Position numbers and translations under genes: made by a program
In this document: piece by piece, positions 1 through 12,684 of the stretch
How the letters are laid out: each line of letters begins with the position of its first letter
Position numbering within the stretch: position 1 is the stretch's first letter
Notes under the pieces: generated by a model
Told to the model about the DNA's origin: nothing
What the model saw: the letters and a program-made list of their open reading frames with translations, nothing else
Database searches by the model: none
Source of the DNA: Azolla caroliniana
Taxonomy: Eukaryota; Plantae; Polypodiophyta
Direction of reading: 5' to 3'
NCBI GenBank assembly: GCA_043228905.1
Contig: JBHGNT010000001.1
Location: forward strand, 13,640,001-13,704,000
Length of the DNA: 64,000 nucleotides

Positions 1-140
1 ATATATCGGTTTTCGGAATCTAGAACCGGGTCATACTCTAGAATAGTGAGAACCGGTAGGCTGTTGGTGCCTACGATCCGAGCCTAGCACATAGGCATAT
101 TCCTTGGAGTTAGTGTTAGTTGCTCATATGAGCATTGAAT
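1..140 (+). mobile_element. Partial Ty1/copia LTR, same family as the LTR at 56349-56811
   Basis: gaatagtgagaaccggtaggctgttgg...gcatattccttggagttagtgt aligns with about 56444-56600. Confidence 0.75.
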
Positions 141-1797
141 GGAGGTATTCTGCACGGCATACGCCAATAGTTGACCGATGCTAAATCTGGATGAGACGAT
201 TGGTCAAGTCCTCATTGACGACATTCGGTGAAAATCGATCGGACTTGTCATTAATGAATCGGTAGAAGCCCATCACTCGACCGACAGAGTCGAATGATAG
301 AGCAAGCCGACAGAACCAGTTGGAATACTAATAGATAAAAAACGAGGGGAGATCGACAACGGTCAAAGTCGAGAAGGGGCCGATCAGGCGAATTATGCAC
401 ACATTGCAGAAAAGCTGTCCACAATGTTTTTGACTACAAGTCAATCAAGAAAAATGAGAGTGGTCGGTGATTCGAGCGGAATCGAGGAAGACCCGACTCG
501 AACCACTCTCCTACAGGCAACCAAATCAATGTTGCCGACACTCGATAAGGAGAAATTCTCTCCTTAGAGGATTCAGTGATCGGAGAAGTTCTCTATAGTG
601 CACAAGATGCACACACGTGGTTACTGGACTCCGGTGCCATGTTTTATGTGTCCTCCAACATTGAATGGTTCTCGAATTATTCAGCCGAAGTCAGCGGCAT
701 AGTCTGACTAGGCAATGGGGAGGAATGCAAAATCGAAGGGACCGGAGAGGTTCCCATCATATTGACAAATGGCAACATGATCATCTTGCATCGAGTGCGG
801 CATGTACCTTATCCAAAAAGGAGTTTGCTCTCCATCAGCATGTTAGCCGAAGATAGGTACAAAACGAAGTGAGTCGGTATGGATGACCAACCTAGGAAAC
901 CTGAAGATAGGAGGCGGGCACAAGTACAATAACTTGTACCCATTAATGGTGATCAATCCAAAGGGGGCCGTGAATGCCTCAAGCCGGACTCGATCGATTG
1001 GGCCATATGTCTCAAGTCGAACTTGATCGGTTGATGGCGATCGACGACATCCCTAAACTTTGAGCAAAGACGCATTTCAATGAGCATTGTCGATACGGGA
1101 AACATACCCGAAGTTCGCATGCTCTCCACTACGAGACAATACGACAACCCTTAGGGCTCATGCACACACATATATGGGTCCATGCTAGAGCGATCATTAG
1201 GAGGCTACTGATACTTCATCACCTTTGTAGATGACTGTACACGGAAGGTTTGTGCCTACTCCATCAGGTCCAAAGACGAAGTGCTCGAGGTGTTCACTCG
1301 ATGGACAATTGAAGTGGAGAACCGGTCGGGATACAGAGTGAAGACACTCACATCCGACAACGGAGGAGAATACACCTCTGGAGCCATCAAACAAGACCTG
1401 TTTGACAAAGGGATCCGGCACCAAAAGACTGTTCCTTACGCACCCATGCAAAATAGAGTGGTAGAAAGGATCAATCGAACAATCCAGGGGAGGGTGACGA
1501 CAATGGTTCAACAAGTTGGACTAAAGCTGGAGTTCTGGGCCGAAGCGTTGCGGACGGTAGTATGCCTAGTAAATCTTTCGTTGTCGAAAGCAATCAAGGT
1601 CAAAGTGCCATAGGCACTATGGTCAGGTAAACAACCAACCTATGATAGGTTCCGTGTATTTGGATGCAAAGCCTATGCGGTCATCCCCAGGGAGAAAAGC
1701 ATCAAGTTGGCACCCCATGCAACAAAATGCATATTTCTCGGTTATGGAACTGATGGGGACTTCGATTATCACCTATGGGATCCAAAGAACCTTAAGG
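141..1797 (+). pseudogene. Degraded Ty1/copia gag-protease-integrase
   Basis: Gag LNLDETIGQVL, zinc knuckle remnant, protease WLLDSGA, integrase TSDNGGEY..TVPYAPMQNRVVER..EFWAEA (ORF 1281-1613); stops and frameshifts. Confidence 0.9.
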
Positions 1798-1876
1798 ACT
1801 TGTATAAAAAGTGTTGTGTAGGACATTTGTAGGTACACAAAGAGTGTTATTTTCTGAATTGAGTTTATGTTGCTCT

Positions 1877-1919
<43 letters not shown>

Positions 1920-1960
1920 CTCTCCCGTGTATTTATGCTTTTCATTAAACATCTATTCTG
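1790..1960 (+). mobile_element. Copia LTR fragment with (CT)n tract; empty site (aggta, 1831-1835) of the gypsy insertion seen at 3505 and 35187
   Basis: ttaaggacttgtataaaaagtgtt..ggacatttgtaggtacacaa..gtgttatttt matches 56623-56700. Confidence 0.75.
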
Positions 1961-2199
1961 TGTTCAAACTAAGCCCTCACTATTTGGACGTGTTGAAACT
2001 ATGATACAAATTGGAAGGAGTCGGCATTTTATGCCAACAAACTACCCATAAAAGGACTACTCTTTCTACTGACAATTGTATGGGGTTATCTCCTGCATGA
2101 ACCTAAATTACAATTTTAATCTAAAGTTATGATTACAAGTTGTTCGCCATGTAGCCAAGTCGGTAGAGATATAGTTGGTATCTAGCCTGATTTGGCTAG

Positions 2200-2900
2200 T
2201 CATCTAGATTGGCTTGTTTGAATCAATCGGATCTTCGACTTACCTTCTGCTCTTTGTTCGGGTTTTTTTTGCTCAGTCACTTGTCCTAGTCCCATCTTTG
2301 TCCTCAGTGCTCCGAAGTGTTGATCTGGGAGTAGCTTCGTCAAGCAATCGACGATGTTCACCTTGGTGTCGATCTTTCGAACTTTGAGCTTCTTTTTTAT
2401 TACAAGATCTGTCTTTGCATGATAGACACGATTATTGATGAGGTGTATTGCGCTCTGTGAGTCGTAGTAGATGGACGGCACGTCATGGTCGATTCGACTT
2501 GTTGCTAAGAAGTCGGCTGACAGTTGGTATAGCCTTTGACTTCCGTTGGATTTGTTGATCCAAAAGTCAGTTGTGCATCTTCAGTCCCTCTGAGGTACTT
2601 GAGGATGTGCTTGATGTCTCCCAATACTTCCGTCCTATGTTTGACATGTACCGGCTCACGACCCCTACGGGATAGGCAAGGTCGGGTCGAGTCGCCACCA
2701 TCGCATATATGATGCTTCTTACGACCGATATGTAGGGTATCTTTGTCTCTGTCCGATCGTCGGATCGACGTCAGAAGTGGTGTTGGTATTGGCTTCACGT
2801 TCTCCATGTTGAAGTGCTTCAACACCTTTCAAATATAGTTGGATTGGGAGAGTCTGAGAGCCTTTGTCGTTCGATTTCGCTCTATCCTCATGCCCATAAT
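2200..2900 (-). pseudogene. Degraded Ty1/copia RT/RNase H
   Basis: LKHFNMENVKPIPTPL, KHILKYLRGT, YYDSQSAIHL..VYHAKT..IDTKVNIVDCLTK motifs. Confidence 0.85.
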
Positions 2901-3009
2901 GTGTCGGGCTTTTGTAATTTGTTTTGTTTTTTGCCCAATTCGTGGTTATCCCTCCACATTGTGAACCGTGGGTCCGACAGACAAAGTCCTGTCCCACGGG
3001 CGTGCCAGG

Positions 3010-3505
3010 TGTTGTCCATAGGCCAGAAATATAAATACATTATGTAAACTCACCGATAGGTAGAATAGTAGGTGAGGAAATAGGTAAAACTAGAAATAGT
3101 CGAGTTTTTAGCCCTCACAATCAGCCAATGCCTTGGCTTTGTCTGAAGAGGAAAATATATAACCCGAGATATGCCTACCTCAAGGGGGGAGATCTAGATC
3201 ATTTGTAGCGAGATTAATATCGTAGCACCGAGCTCTACACGAACTATTTCCGGCCGAGAGCCGTGTACTGTAATCACTGTGAGCTTTATCATTTAATATA
3301 AGTTCCGCTCTTACTATTCTAGTATCTGTGTATTCTTCCCGTACTTGTAAACCGAGCTACGTTTATGCCTAACGGGTTGTCGCCATGTACGCCCCTCGTT
3401 CTTCTATCGTCTTCTCAGTGTAGAAGAGGCTTCCACGTAACACGATCCCTTGATATCGATAGCCTGTGAGCTCATCGAAGGTGTTTCCCCTAGAAACGGT
3501 TAACA
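3010..3505 (+). mobile_element. Ty3/gypsy LTR (3'-type copy), same family as 35187-35684
   Basis: TGTTG...TAACA termini; colinear with 35187-35684; followed by aggta and the continuation of a copia LTR. Confidence 0.9.
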
Positions 3506-3609
3506 AGGTACAGGAAGAGTGTTATTTTCTGAATTGAGTTTATGTTGTTCTGCTCTCTCTCTGTGTCTCTCTCGTGTATTCTCGGGTATTTATGCTTTTC
3601 ATTAAACAT

Positions 3610-4620
3610 CTTGTGCACTATAGCGGACTTTTTCGATCATTGAGTCCTCTAAGGAGAGGATTTCTCCCGATCAGGTGTCGGAACATTGACATGGTTGCCG
3701 ATTGGAGAGTGGTTAGAGTCGGATTGTCCTTGATTTTGCTTAGGGCGTCGACCACTCTCTATTATCTGAATCGACCAGTAGTCGGAAACATTGTGACCGG
3801 CTTTTCTGCAATGGGTGTAGAATTTGCCTGATCGACTGGTTCTCGACTTTCACTGTTGTCGGTCTCCCCTCTTTCTTGACCGATTGGTATTCCGACCGGT
3901 TTTGTCAACTTGTTCTTTCAATGGACTTAATCGGTCAACCGACTCGGTTGAGTGGTGGGCTTTTGTTGATTCGTCAATGGTGAGTCTCATCGATTTTCAC
4001 TAAATGTCCTCACTAAGGACTTGGCCAATTGTCTCATCTTGATTTAGGATCGAATGGCTATTGGCAAATGTCGTGTCGAATACCTCCCAATTTGTTGACA
4101 AGCTCCACAAGAGGGTAAGGGATTTCACTTCTTCTACGAAGTTAATCCCTTGAGAGGAGAGTTCAAACAACACCGAACTTAACGTGTTGATGTGGGAGGT
4201 AGCTGGATCGGTCCCTCTCATCTTCATGTTGAATAGTTGTCTGATCAATATCAGTTTTGATGATGAGGACTTCTTCTCGTATACAACTTGTAGTTTCTCC
4301 CACAGTGAGAACGCTATCGTCTCTTTTGCCATGCTGAAGTAGACGTTTTCGACTAGATGCATCTGAATGGTGGAGTGAGCGATTTCATCTATTGATTTCC
4401 ACTCTTCGGCTGACATTGTAGCATGCTTTCTGCTATGCCGAATGGCTTCGACTTGTCTTTGAATGATCAAGACGTCTTGCATCATCTCCTTCCATAGGGC
4501 AAAGTTTTTGCGCGGAAGAACGTTTGAGGACCTATTTAGAAGTACTCAACAAACAATACAGAAAGGATGAAGATAAGAAGATAGACACACTCTTAAGCTT
4601 TAGTGGAAGCTTTAGTATTT
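3610..4620 (-). pseudogene. Ty1/copia gag fragment plus partial LTR
   Basis: ORF 4000-4485: EEWKSIDEIAHSTIQMHL..LWEKLQVVYE..LIRQLFNMKM (copia gag); paralog of 51020-52190. Confidence 0.88.
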
Positions 4621-4644
4621 ATGATCTCTCTCTCTCTCTCTCGC

Positions 4645-5130
4645 TTAGAGGCGGGTAAACGAGCATATTATGCATTTGAGAACACATGCAATCTTGGAAA
4701 TATTAAGTGTTGGGTCGTTGAGAAATATCTTTTCAACACTTTGGTGACACCGGTTCTTCTCTATGGGGTGAAAGTATGGGGTGGTGGCATCCCTAAATCT
4801 ATATGTAAAGAGTTTGAAAATGTCCAAAAACATTTTCTTACAAATGTCCAGAAACAAACGCCCTACACCCTCCTCCTTGAGACGGGATCGCTTCCCATCG
4901 AGATTATGGCCATAGAAAGGGTTGTTGAATACATGCTTAAGGTTTAAAAAAGTCCCTCTTATCAACTTCCTAGAATTGCATGGGAAGCAAAAAGATCCAA
5001 AAGACGCATAAAAGCAAAATTTTGTGTTTCGATTGGATGCAAGATATAGAAAAATGGTTTGGTAGATGGGATGTGAGACACTTGCTTCATGATGCATCAT
5101 TAGATTCCTCTGTAAATGAGGCCTTTTTGT
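4645..5130 (+). pseudogene. Non-LTR retrotransposon (RTE/RTEX-like) RT C-terminal fragment
   Basis: RLEAGKRAYYAF..LFNTLVTPVLLYGVKVWG..ENVQKHFL..LLETGSLPI; its 3' part overlaps the paralog at 52190-52300. Confidence 0.75.
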
Positions 5131-5789
5131 AACACCAATGTTTTGGAGACATTTTGCTTCTATGCTTGAAGCCTCTTTGTTGATGATGTCATCTATACTT
5201 TCCCTAGTAGTAATATGTGAACTTTAGGATTGTAACATTCCTTCTGCGTATCATTGTTCATAATCAAACAAATAAAACATTTGGACAAATGAACAATCCC
5301 CTTTTTCTTTTAAAAAATCAGGCTCTTCTTTGCTTAAAAATGGCAATTTGTAAGGGCACATCAAGTCATTAGGCTTCACATTTGAGTGTCTCCCCAATCA
5401 CTTATGTATGGTTTGATCTAGCATCTCAAACCTTAATATCGGTGCCACTATTTTTCTGGTTTTGGGCATCGATAAATTCAAATTTCCAAGATCCATTGAT
5501 GGAAAACTGAAAGATAGAGATTGGAGTTACCCATGTTAGTGTACGCGCGGACTTGTGAAATTTTTTAAATATGCAAAAAGAATCTTACTAAAGCAATTAA
5601 AATAGTCTAACAATACCTGTTATAAATGCCAATGTGGTTTGATGGAGTATGACAAATGCCATGTTTTGCATGCCTAATGGAATCACACTTGTGAACAAAG
5701 ATTTTGTGCTTAGGATTGGAGGCAGATCCACACTTTGGAAACCCATCTATAAAATCCAATAAGGGGAACATTTGTCAATAGCAGAGTGA

Positions 5790-6214
5790 TTTCTTTAAGC
5801 TTACAACATTATCATAAAAGTGAAAGATAATTATGCTTACAAAATGAAAGTCAAACCTAGGCATCATTCCACATCCATATATCCAACAAAGAAAAGACTT
5901 TCAGACAAAGAATGATGGAGAAACTCAGTACACAATGCTAAAAAACACTTTTAAGATCCCCAGAACAAATACTGAAGGTTAACATTTCATTGGAACATTC
6001 CTAATGTATCCTTAGAAAAGTTTCATTTGAGGAAAAGTCCTTTTTGAAACTTACCACCTACTCCCACAATCTGGTACAAATATCAAAACAGTGCAAAGTA
6101 TTGTATTTTTCTTTAAGCTTACAACATTATCATAAAAGTGAAAGATAATTATGCCTACAAAATGAAAGTCAAACCTAGGCATCATTGCACATCCGTATAT
6201 CCAACAAAGAAAAG
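5790..6214 (+). repeat. About 105-bp direct repeat (5790-5896 and 6110-6214)
   Basis: ctttaagcttacaacattatcataaaagtgaaagataattatg...ccaacaaagaaaag occurs twice. Confidence 0.85.
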
Positions 6215-6222
6215 GGAGACAA

Positions 6223-6460
6223 TGTGACCTGTTTTTTACACAGAAAAACATAAAATAGAGAACGAAAGAGTAAGAGCAAGAGGAAGAGTGTTCTACCAAA
6301 GTGCAAAAGTGGAGACAGATGTCAGGAATAGTACTAAAACAGAGAAAGAATCAGTACGTATGAAAATAATATCCTACGTATTTCAATAGATAGTGTAATG
6401 GTTAGGAGCTCGACCCATATAACATAAGGTCATAGGTTCGAGTCTTGCCATATCATGACA
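6223..6460 (-). mobile_element. 3' LTR of a Tcn1-like chromovirus, containing a tRNA-like segment
   Basis: On the minus strand, PPT aaggggggataa precedes TGTCA at 6460 and the LTR ends ...TCACA at 6223. Confidence 0.65.
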
Positions 6461-8250
6461 TTATCCCCCCTTAAAACGACGAGTGTTACAAGTCGACGCT
6501 TATTGGGGACCAGGTTTGTCAGAATAATGTCGGTGGAAATCAACAAGAAGATCCTGAGCATTGGCGACATGCTCGATGGGTTCCCAAGTAAGTTCGCTTG
6601 GACTATAGCCGAGCCAATCGACCAAATAATAAAGTTTGTTGCGAACAAACTTGGAGTCGAGGACGACAACAACTTCATACTCCGGGTCGGCGTCCAACTC
6701 AAGCGGGGGTGCTCGTTGTGTAACAGGATCGGGAATAGTGTTGGCTTGATAAGATTAGAGAAGAGAACTATGGAAGACTGAATGTATCTGAAGGTGTGGA
6801 GGAAGACCAAGGTGGAACATGACATCATTAATCTTGCCAATAATACGGAAATGGGTGAGTAGTCTTGATGTGACGATGTAAGAGCTATACTCGATCTCCG
6901 ATGGCAAAAGAGGAAGGAAGCCGATGTCGATCTGCATAAGTCTTCTGTGTGTGTTCAACATTATGAAGATAAGTAGATAGATGCATTTGAATCTTGCGTA
7001 GCCTCTCCAAATGATCCTCGACAGGAGGATTGGTAGGTAGCTCTGGAGTGTCGATCACAGACCAGTGAGGATGAGAACCGGTATAAGCGTAAAATGGGTA
7101 GACCCGAGTGAAGGAGTGAATAGCGTTATTGTAAGCAAACTCAGCAAAGTGGAGAATATCAGCCCAATCGTCTTGTTGATAACTCAAAAAACACCAAACA
7201 TATTGTTCCAGCATTTGGTTGTTCGTTCTGCTTCCCATCAGTTTGGGGATGATAGCCGGAGGAGAGGTTGCAAGAGACCTTGAGCATCTTGAAGACATGC
7301 TTCCAAAATTTGGAGACGAATTGAGGTCCTCGGGTAGTTTTGCTCAAGCCATGCTAGCGCAAATTGATACATGGTGGTTGAGATTGGGAACAGGATGCCC
7401 GAGAGGCATCAATTTGCGCTGGCATGGCTTGAGCAAAACTGTCCGTCTTCGAATTGGCACGTATGGCATCGATAATCCGAGAATCCAGTGGAATGTGAAA
7501 AATCCGCGTTGTGTGCAAACTTGTTAGTCCCAAGATTACCTGCTTTTGATTATCAAATGTTGGATCAAGAGGACAAGGTGCAAGATATGAGCGTCGCGAT
7601 AGTGCATCTGCTTTTCCTTGTTGCTTCCCCGATCGATATGTGATTTTGAAGTCAAAACACGTGAGGAATTGGGCCCACCGAGCTTGTCGTCGATTTAGTA
7701 CGCGAGCGTTCTGGAAATAAACAAGATTTTTGGGATCACTAAAGACGATGAATTGATGAGGAGAGCCCTCTAAGAAGTGACATCATTGCACAAATGAATC
7801 CACGATGGCTAATAACTCATTGTCATGTATCTCGTAGTTGATTTCCGCGGCATCAAATTTGTGTGAGTGGAAAGCCATAGGATGTAACTCTTCTTTATCT
7901 CCTTGTTGTGAAAGGATGCTATCGAGGGCTAAATCGGATGTGTCGGCCTCCATGATAAATGGTTTGTTTGTATCCACATGAGCTAGAATAGGTGCTTATG
8001 TAAAGGCTTTCTTAATATGCATAAAAGCCATGTCTGCTTCATTGGACCAAAATCTTTGTAAGTTGGATGAGAGGCAAAATAATCTTCGAGTAATCTTGTA
8101 TAAACTTGTAGTAGAAGTTAGCGAAGCCTAGGAAACATTGCACATCTCGTAAGGAATGTGGAGTTTGCCACTCTAGCACAATCTTGACTTTAGCTGGATC
8201 CATGGAGATGCCTTTTGAGGAGATGACGTAGCCTAGAAATTCCACTTGCT
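6461..8250 (-). pseudogene. Degraded Ty3/gypsy chromovirus pol (RT-RNase H-integrase-chromodomain), Tcn1-like
   Basis: VEFLGYVISSKGISMDPAKV, EADTSD..AEINYEIHDNELLAIV, YHPQTDG, AEFAYNNA; group I chromodomain EYEV..LDSK..YLVDWLGY..TWEP..FH..KPGP. Confidence 0.92.
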
Positions 8251-8252
8251 TG

Positions 8253-8256
8253 CATG

Positions 8257-8290
<34 letters not shown>

Positions 8291-10455
8291 TGTATGTGTA
8301 TGCATATGGTATGTATGTATGTATGTATGTGTGTGTATGCATATATGTAGCATTTCCGGTGCTACACCTTAAACCCCCCTTGGTCACCCTTCCTTTAGGT
8401 TTGAATGTACATTATTCAATGTGTATGGATGTGTGATTGCAATATGTGCATAATATCTATGTATATACCTAATGTATGTATATATGTACTATTTAGTGTA
8501 TGTATGAATGTATAAATGAATATATTTATGTACATGTATGTATGTACAAATGTAAAATGTACATATGTGTATATATGTAATGTATGTATAATTTCGGGGT
8601 ATTTTCTTGTTTAGTATGTGTATGGCTCATATAAGGCTGTATGTTTACAATATACACATAATATATATCCATATGTCTTATGTATGTGTTTTATGCATAT
8701 TATATGTGTATATATATAGAATATGTATGTATGTGTGTGCATATATGCATATGTCAATGTACATGATTCAATGTGCATGGATGTGTGTTTATAATATGTA
8801 TGTATGTGTATATATATATACATGTGTATGTGTATATGGTGATATGTATGAATGTATGTATGTGTATATATGTAATGTATTTATGTATGTATATTTTCGG
8901 AATATTTTCATGTTTAGTATGTGAATGGCGCATATACGGATGTATGTTTGTAATATGTATGTAATATGGATGTATATATATCTGATGTATGTGTAAGTAT
9001 ACATATATCTAATGTGTGCGTATATATGTAAGCATAGAATGGACCATACGTATCATATGTGCATTCGCATTCGAGAATGATTCAATCAAACGTGTATGGT
9101 AAATCATCTCAAAGTTGGATTGGATTGATTGTGGTCTATATTATATATTGATTCACTCTCAATCTCAATAAGTGGACTCTAATCCATTGTGAACCACCAA
9201 CATAAGTATGGTTACAATATTTGCATTGTATCACATGCATAGTTTTGGGATGTGAATCAAGACATCTTTATCATCCTCACTTTAGAACTTTACAAACAAA
9301 TGAGTCTAAACTATAGAGATTGAATCAAAATATATCCTTATAAATTATAATCAAACATTCAAAAACTCATAAAACGTATATTCAAGAATATGAAGAAAAC
9401 ATGACATAGGTAGTAGTAGCATAACAACTTACCACTAGGGTGACGTAATTTCTAATAACAAAGAAAGAAAAAAAGAAACGATCAAAAACTCATAAAACGT
9501 ATATTCGAAAATATGAAGAAAACATGACATAGGCAGTAGTAGCATAACAACTTACCACTAGGGTGACCTAATTTCTAATAACAAAGAAAGAAAGAAAGAA
9601 AGAAAGAAAAAGGAACATGACACTAACATAAAATTTTGCCGTGATATAGGTAGTAGTAACATAACAACTTACCACTCGAGTGAGCTAATTTCTAATAACA
9701 AAGAAAGAAAGAAAAAGAAGAAAAAGGAACATGGCACTAACAAGAGGATATGAGGAAGTTGGGAATTGAACCCAAGACACAAGTAATAGTAGCACAACAA
9801 CTTACCATTAAGTTTTGTGCTTAGTTCTAATAATAAAGAAATAAAAGAAAAAACCTATTATAACACCAACATAAAACTTTGCTATAACATGGTACTAATG
9901 AGAGAGAGAGATGCGAAAATTGGGAATCAAACCAAAGACATAGACAACAATAGGATGACTCGTTACCACTAGGGTGAGCTAAATTGTAATGACAATAAAT
10001 GAAAAATATGAAAAAAAAAGATGCACATATTTTTCTCATTTCCAAACGTTTGAATGTTTGCACGAACACGAATATTACGTTATATGTATGTAAGTATTGT
10101 AGTTTGTATGGTTCCATATAATCTATATAAATGGTGATATATGGATTATGTATGTGCATATGTAATATATCTATGTAATGTATGTATGTGTGTGTATGTA
10201 AATTTGTTTATTGTGTAATATGTATGGATTATATGATATGTAATATCTAATTTATTTATGTGCATGTGCATGTATTGTGTGTGTGTGTGTGTGTATAAAA
10301 TGTATGTAACTTGTTTGTATGTGTGAAAATTTGTAAGACATATAATATGTAATCTTATCTATTAATATGTATGTGTATGTGAATGTATATATAATATGTA
10401 ATTTATTTATTTATGTATATTTTTTGTGTTTGGTATGTATACATATATGCATTTG
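8253..10455. repeat. (TATG/TA/TG)n low-complexity tract; resumes at 17038-17309 after the LINE
   Basis: Degenerate tatgtatg repeats; all ORFs here are low-complexity artefacts. Confidence 0.9.
9033..10086 (+). mobile_element. Non-autonomous hAT-like DNA transposon carrying tandem tRNA-like repeats
   Basis: Perfect 8-bp TSD tatgtaag (9025-9032 and 10087-10094); both ends homologous to the element at 23103-23341 (catag..accatac..cattcgcatt at left, acgaacacgaat..tacgt..atg at right). Confidence 0.8.
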
Positions 10456-10888
10456 ATTTCTTTTTGAGAGCACTTTCCTCACTGGAGATAGAGCGGGTGC
10501 AGCAGAGCGGCGCGCCAACCCCCGGCGGAGGTTTGCGGTGTGGGCGTCTCACCAGGAGACCTGCCCGGCACAGCAGAGCAGCGGCGCAGGAGGGCTGACT
10601 CGCGCATGTAGGTAGCGGAGCAGGAGCAGGAGCCGGAGCCGGAGCCAGAGCAGGGGCCGAGAGACGCCTCTTTGTGACACAAAAGGATCACAAACGCAGG
10701 AGCAGGAGCTGGAGCCGGAGCGCCTCTCCTCCCCGCCGCCGCTGCATCACCCTCCTCATTTTTGTGAGGAGGCCATCCTTTAGGGTTTTCCTCTCACACC
10801 TCCCCCACTGTTCAAGGAGTGTAGTTAGAGCCCCCCCCCCCCCCACACACACAGTTCGAGGAGTGAACCCAACCTTCGAGGAGTGAAC

Positions 10889-10919
<31 letters not shown>

Positions 10920-10949
10920 AAAAAAAAAAGGAAAAAAGGATAAAAAAAG

Positions 10950-12684
10950 ATGGCACCTTCAAACATCGCCACTGTCGAACACATTGTACCAACAGGCCCC
11001 TCGATCGATCACGGACAAAACATCTCTGATAACGGGGGTCCTGTTGAGATTATTTTTCAACAACGAAGAGATGCTTCTACTTGAGAAAGAGATAGAGCGC
11101 CTTGAGCGAATTGCGGTCATATGCCGAGTGATGGGATCACGACCAAACAAAGGGTTGTTGCGAGATATGTTGCAAACTCAATTTCATTCACAACTCCGTG
11201 GTATAAAAGAAGTCCAACCGCTTGGTAAAGGCTTCTATCAAATCATACTAGAAGACACGAAGTCTGCAACGAACCTCATAGCACTTTCCCCCTGCCAGGT
11301 CCGTAATACATGGTTGTTCATGCGTAAATGGACACATGGTTTTTACCCAGAGAAAGCCGCACAACAGGATGACTCCATGAAAAAGGTAACAATGTTATTT
11401 CCTGGACTATCCTTAGAATACAACATGCTACTTCCTACTATTGGCAACTCCTTTGGGATGATGTTGGATGAGGAACTAACGCTAGTAGACAGACTAAAGA
11501 AGCACCTAGGCCCTCCCTCTATCCGCCTCTTGGTGCAGGACATCAATAAACTTCCCTCCAAGATCCTCATTCCTGGGAAAAACGGAATGCGAATTGAACA
11601 ACGCATAGAAGTGATTGGCGCATTGGGGCAATGTTTTGCATGCAAAAAACTTGGTCATTTAAAAAAGAATTGCCCCACAAGACGTATTAAAGATCCTACA
11701 AAGGAGACCTTGGAAGGTCAGGATACCATAAGACATCAAAAGCCTCCCCCACCACGACCCGACAAGGCTGTGATGGAATGGCGAGTGGTGGAAAAAACCC
11801 ATGTCCTTCGAAAAACATCACCGGCACAAAATCCTCCATCGCCTATGAGCCCCAATCGCTTTGATCTACTACAAGAGCTCCCCCCCACAGATGAGCATTC
11901 CCCTAGTTCTTTCGTAAGCCCAAAGGAACGACCTAAGGTGACACCAAACACCCAAGAGAAAGTTCTCGTTAAAGCTTACAAAACAGGGAAACGCAGACGA
12001 ATAAGGCATGTAAAGACCCTAATAAGGAGCTTGAGTGGAACAACACCCAATGCAGAAGAAGCAACCCAAGGCAGAAATGTGAATGTCACGCCTCAAATCA
12101 TAGTCATCCCGGACACAAATGAGTGTGCTTCCTCTAGCCAAGACCTTGAACCACACCCACAAAACGCCTTGAAATGGCTAGGTATAGGGCCCAAGGCAGT
12201 GGAAAAAATAAGGGTACATGTATCAGCGGTGCACAATAACGGAGTTCCGACGACCTCAATCTCCTTTCCACTCTTGCTTTCGACTCAAGAAGATTGGTCG
12301 AAATCCAAGATTAAAGATATGTTATGTAACCAAGCAGCGTGCTTTGTAGCACAAATAAGAGATGAAGAGCTCATGAATGAACTAAAGCAACATTGGCATA
12401 ACACTGAATTCTGGTGCACCATGGATGAAGAGGACCCCCATCTTTGCCACATCCACCTGCGAACTATCATAAACACCCAACTAACTCCAAGCTTTGTCTA
12501 TTTCTATGAGAAGCATGAAGGGGCGATTGAAGCCCACAAGATAGCCCACAAACTCCACTCATGGATGTGGACCACTATTCCATCCCTGGAAATGTCTGGA
12601 TGTCTAAATGGTGAGTGCTCCCCACTCACGACTTGTTGTACAAAGCACCAGGCAGAACTGGCAACCTCCCACCCCATTCCATGA
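10950..12684 (+). pseudogene. LINE ORF1: DUF4283-like RNA-binding region, CCHC knuckle and an extra C-terminal domain
   Basis: ATG at 10950 (MAPSNIATVEH..GPVEIIF), with a probable 1-nt frameshift near 11055 into the 566-aa frame; GKGFYQI..WLFMRKW..GF; CFACKKLGHLKKNC. Confidence 0.85.

Noticed and set aside
6390-6452. Functional tRNA gene
   Set aside because: Acceptor and anticodon stems do not pair convincingly and it lies inside an LTR; kept only as tRNA-like
8190-9004. ORFs rich in Y/I/H/T/M/V/C (also at 16968-17359)
   Set aside because: Translations of (TATG)n microsatellite
9360-9990. CRISPR-like array
   Set aside because: Eukaryotic context, whole-unit degenerate repeats without unique spacers, no cas genes
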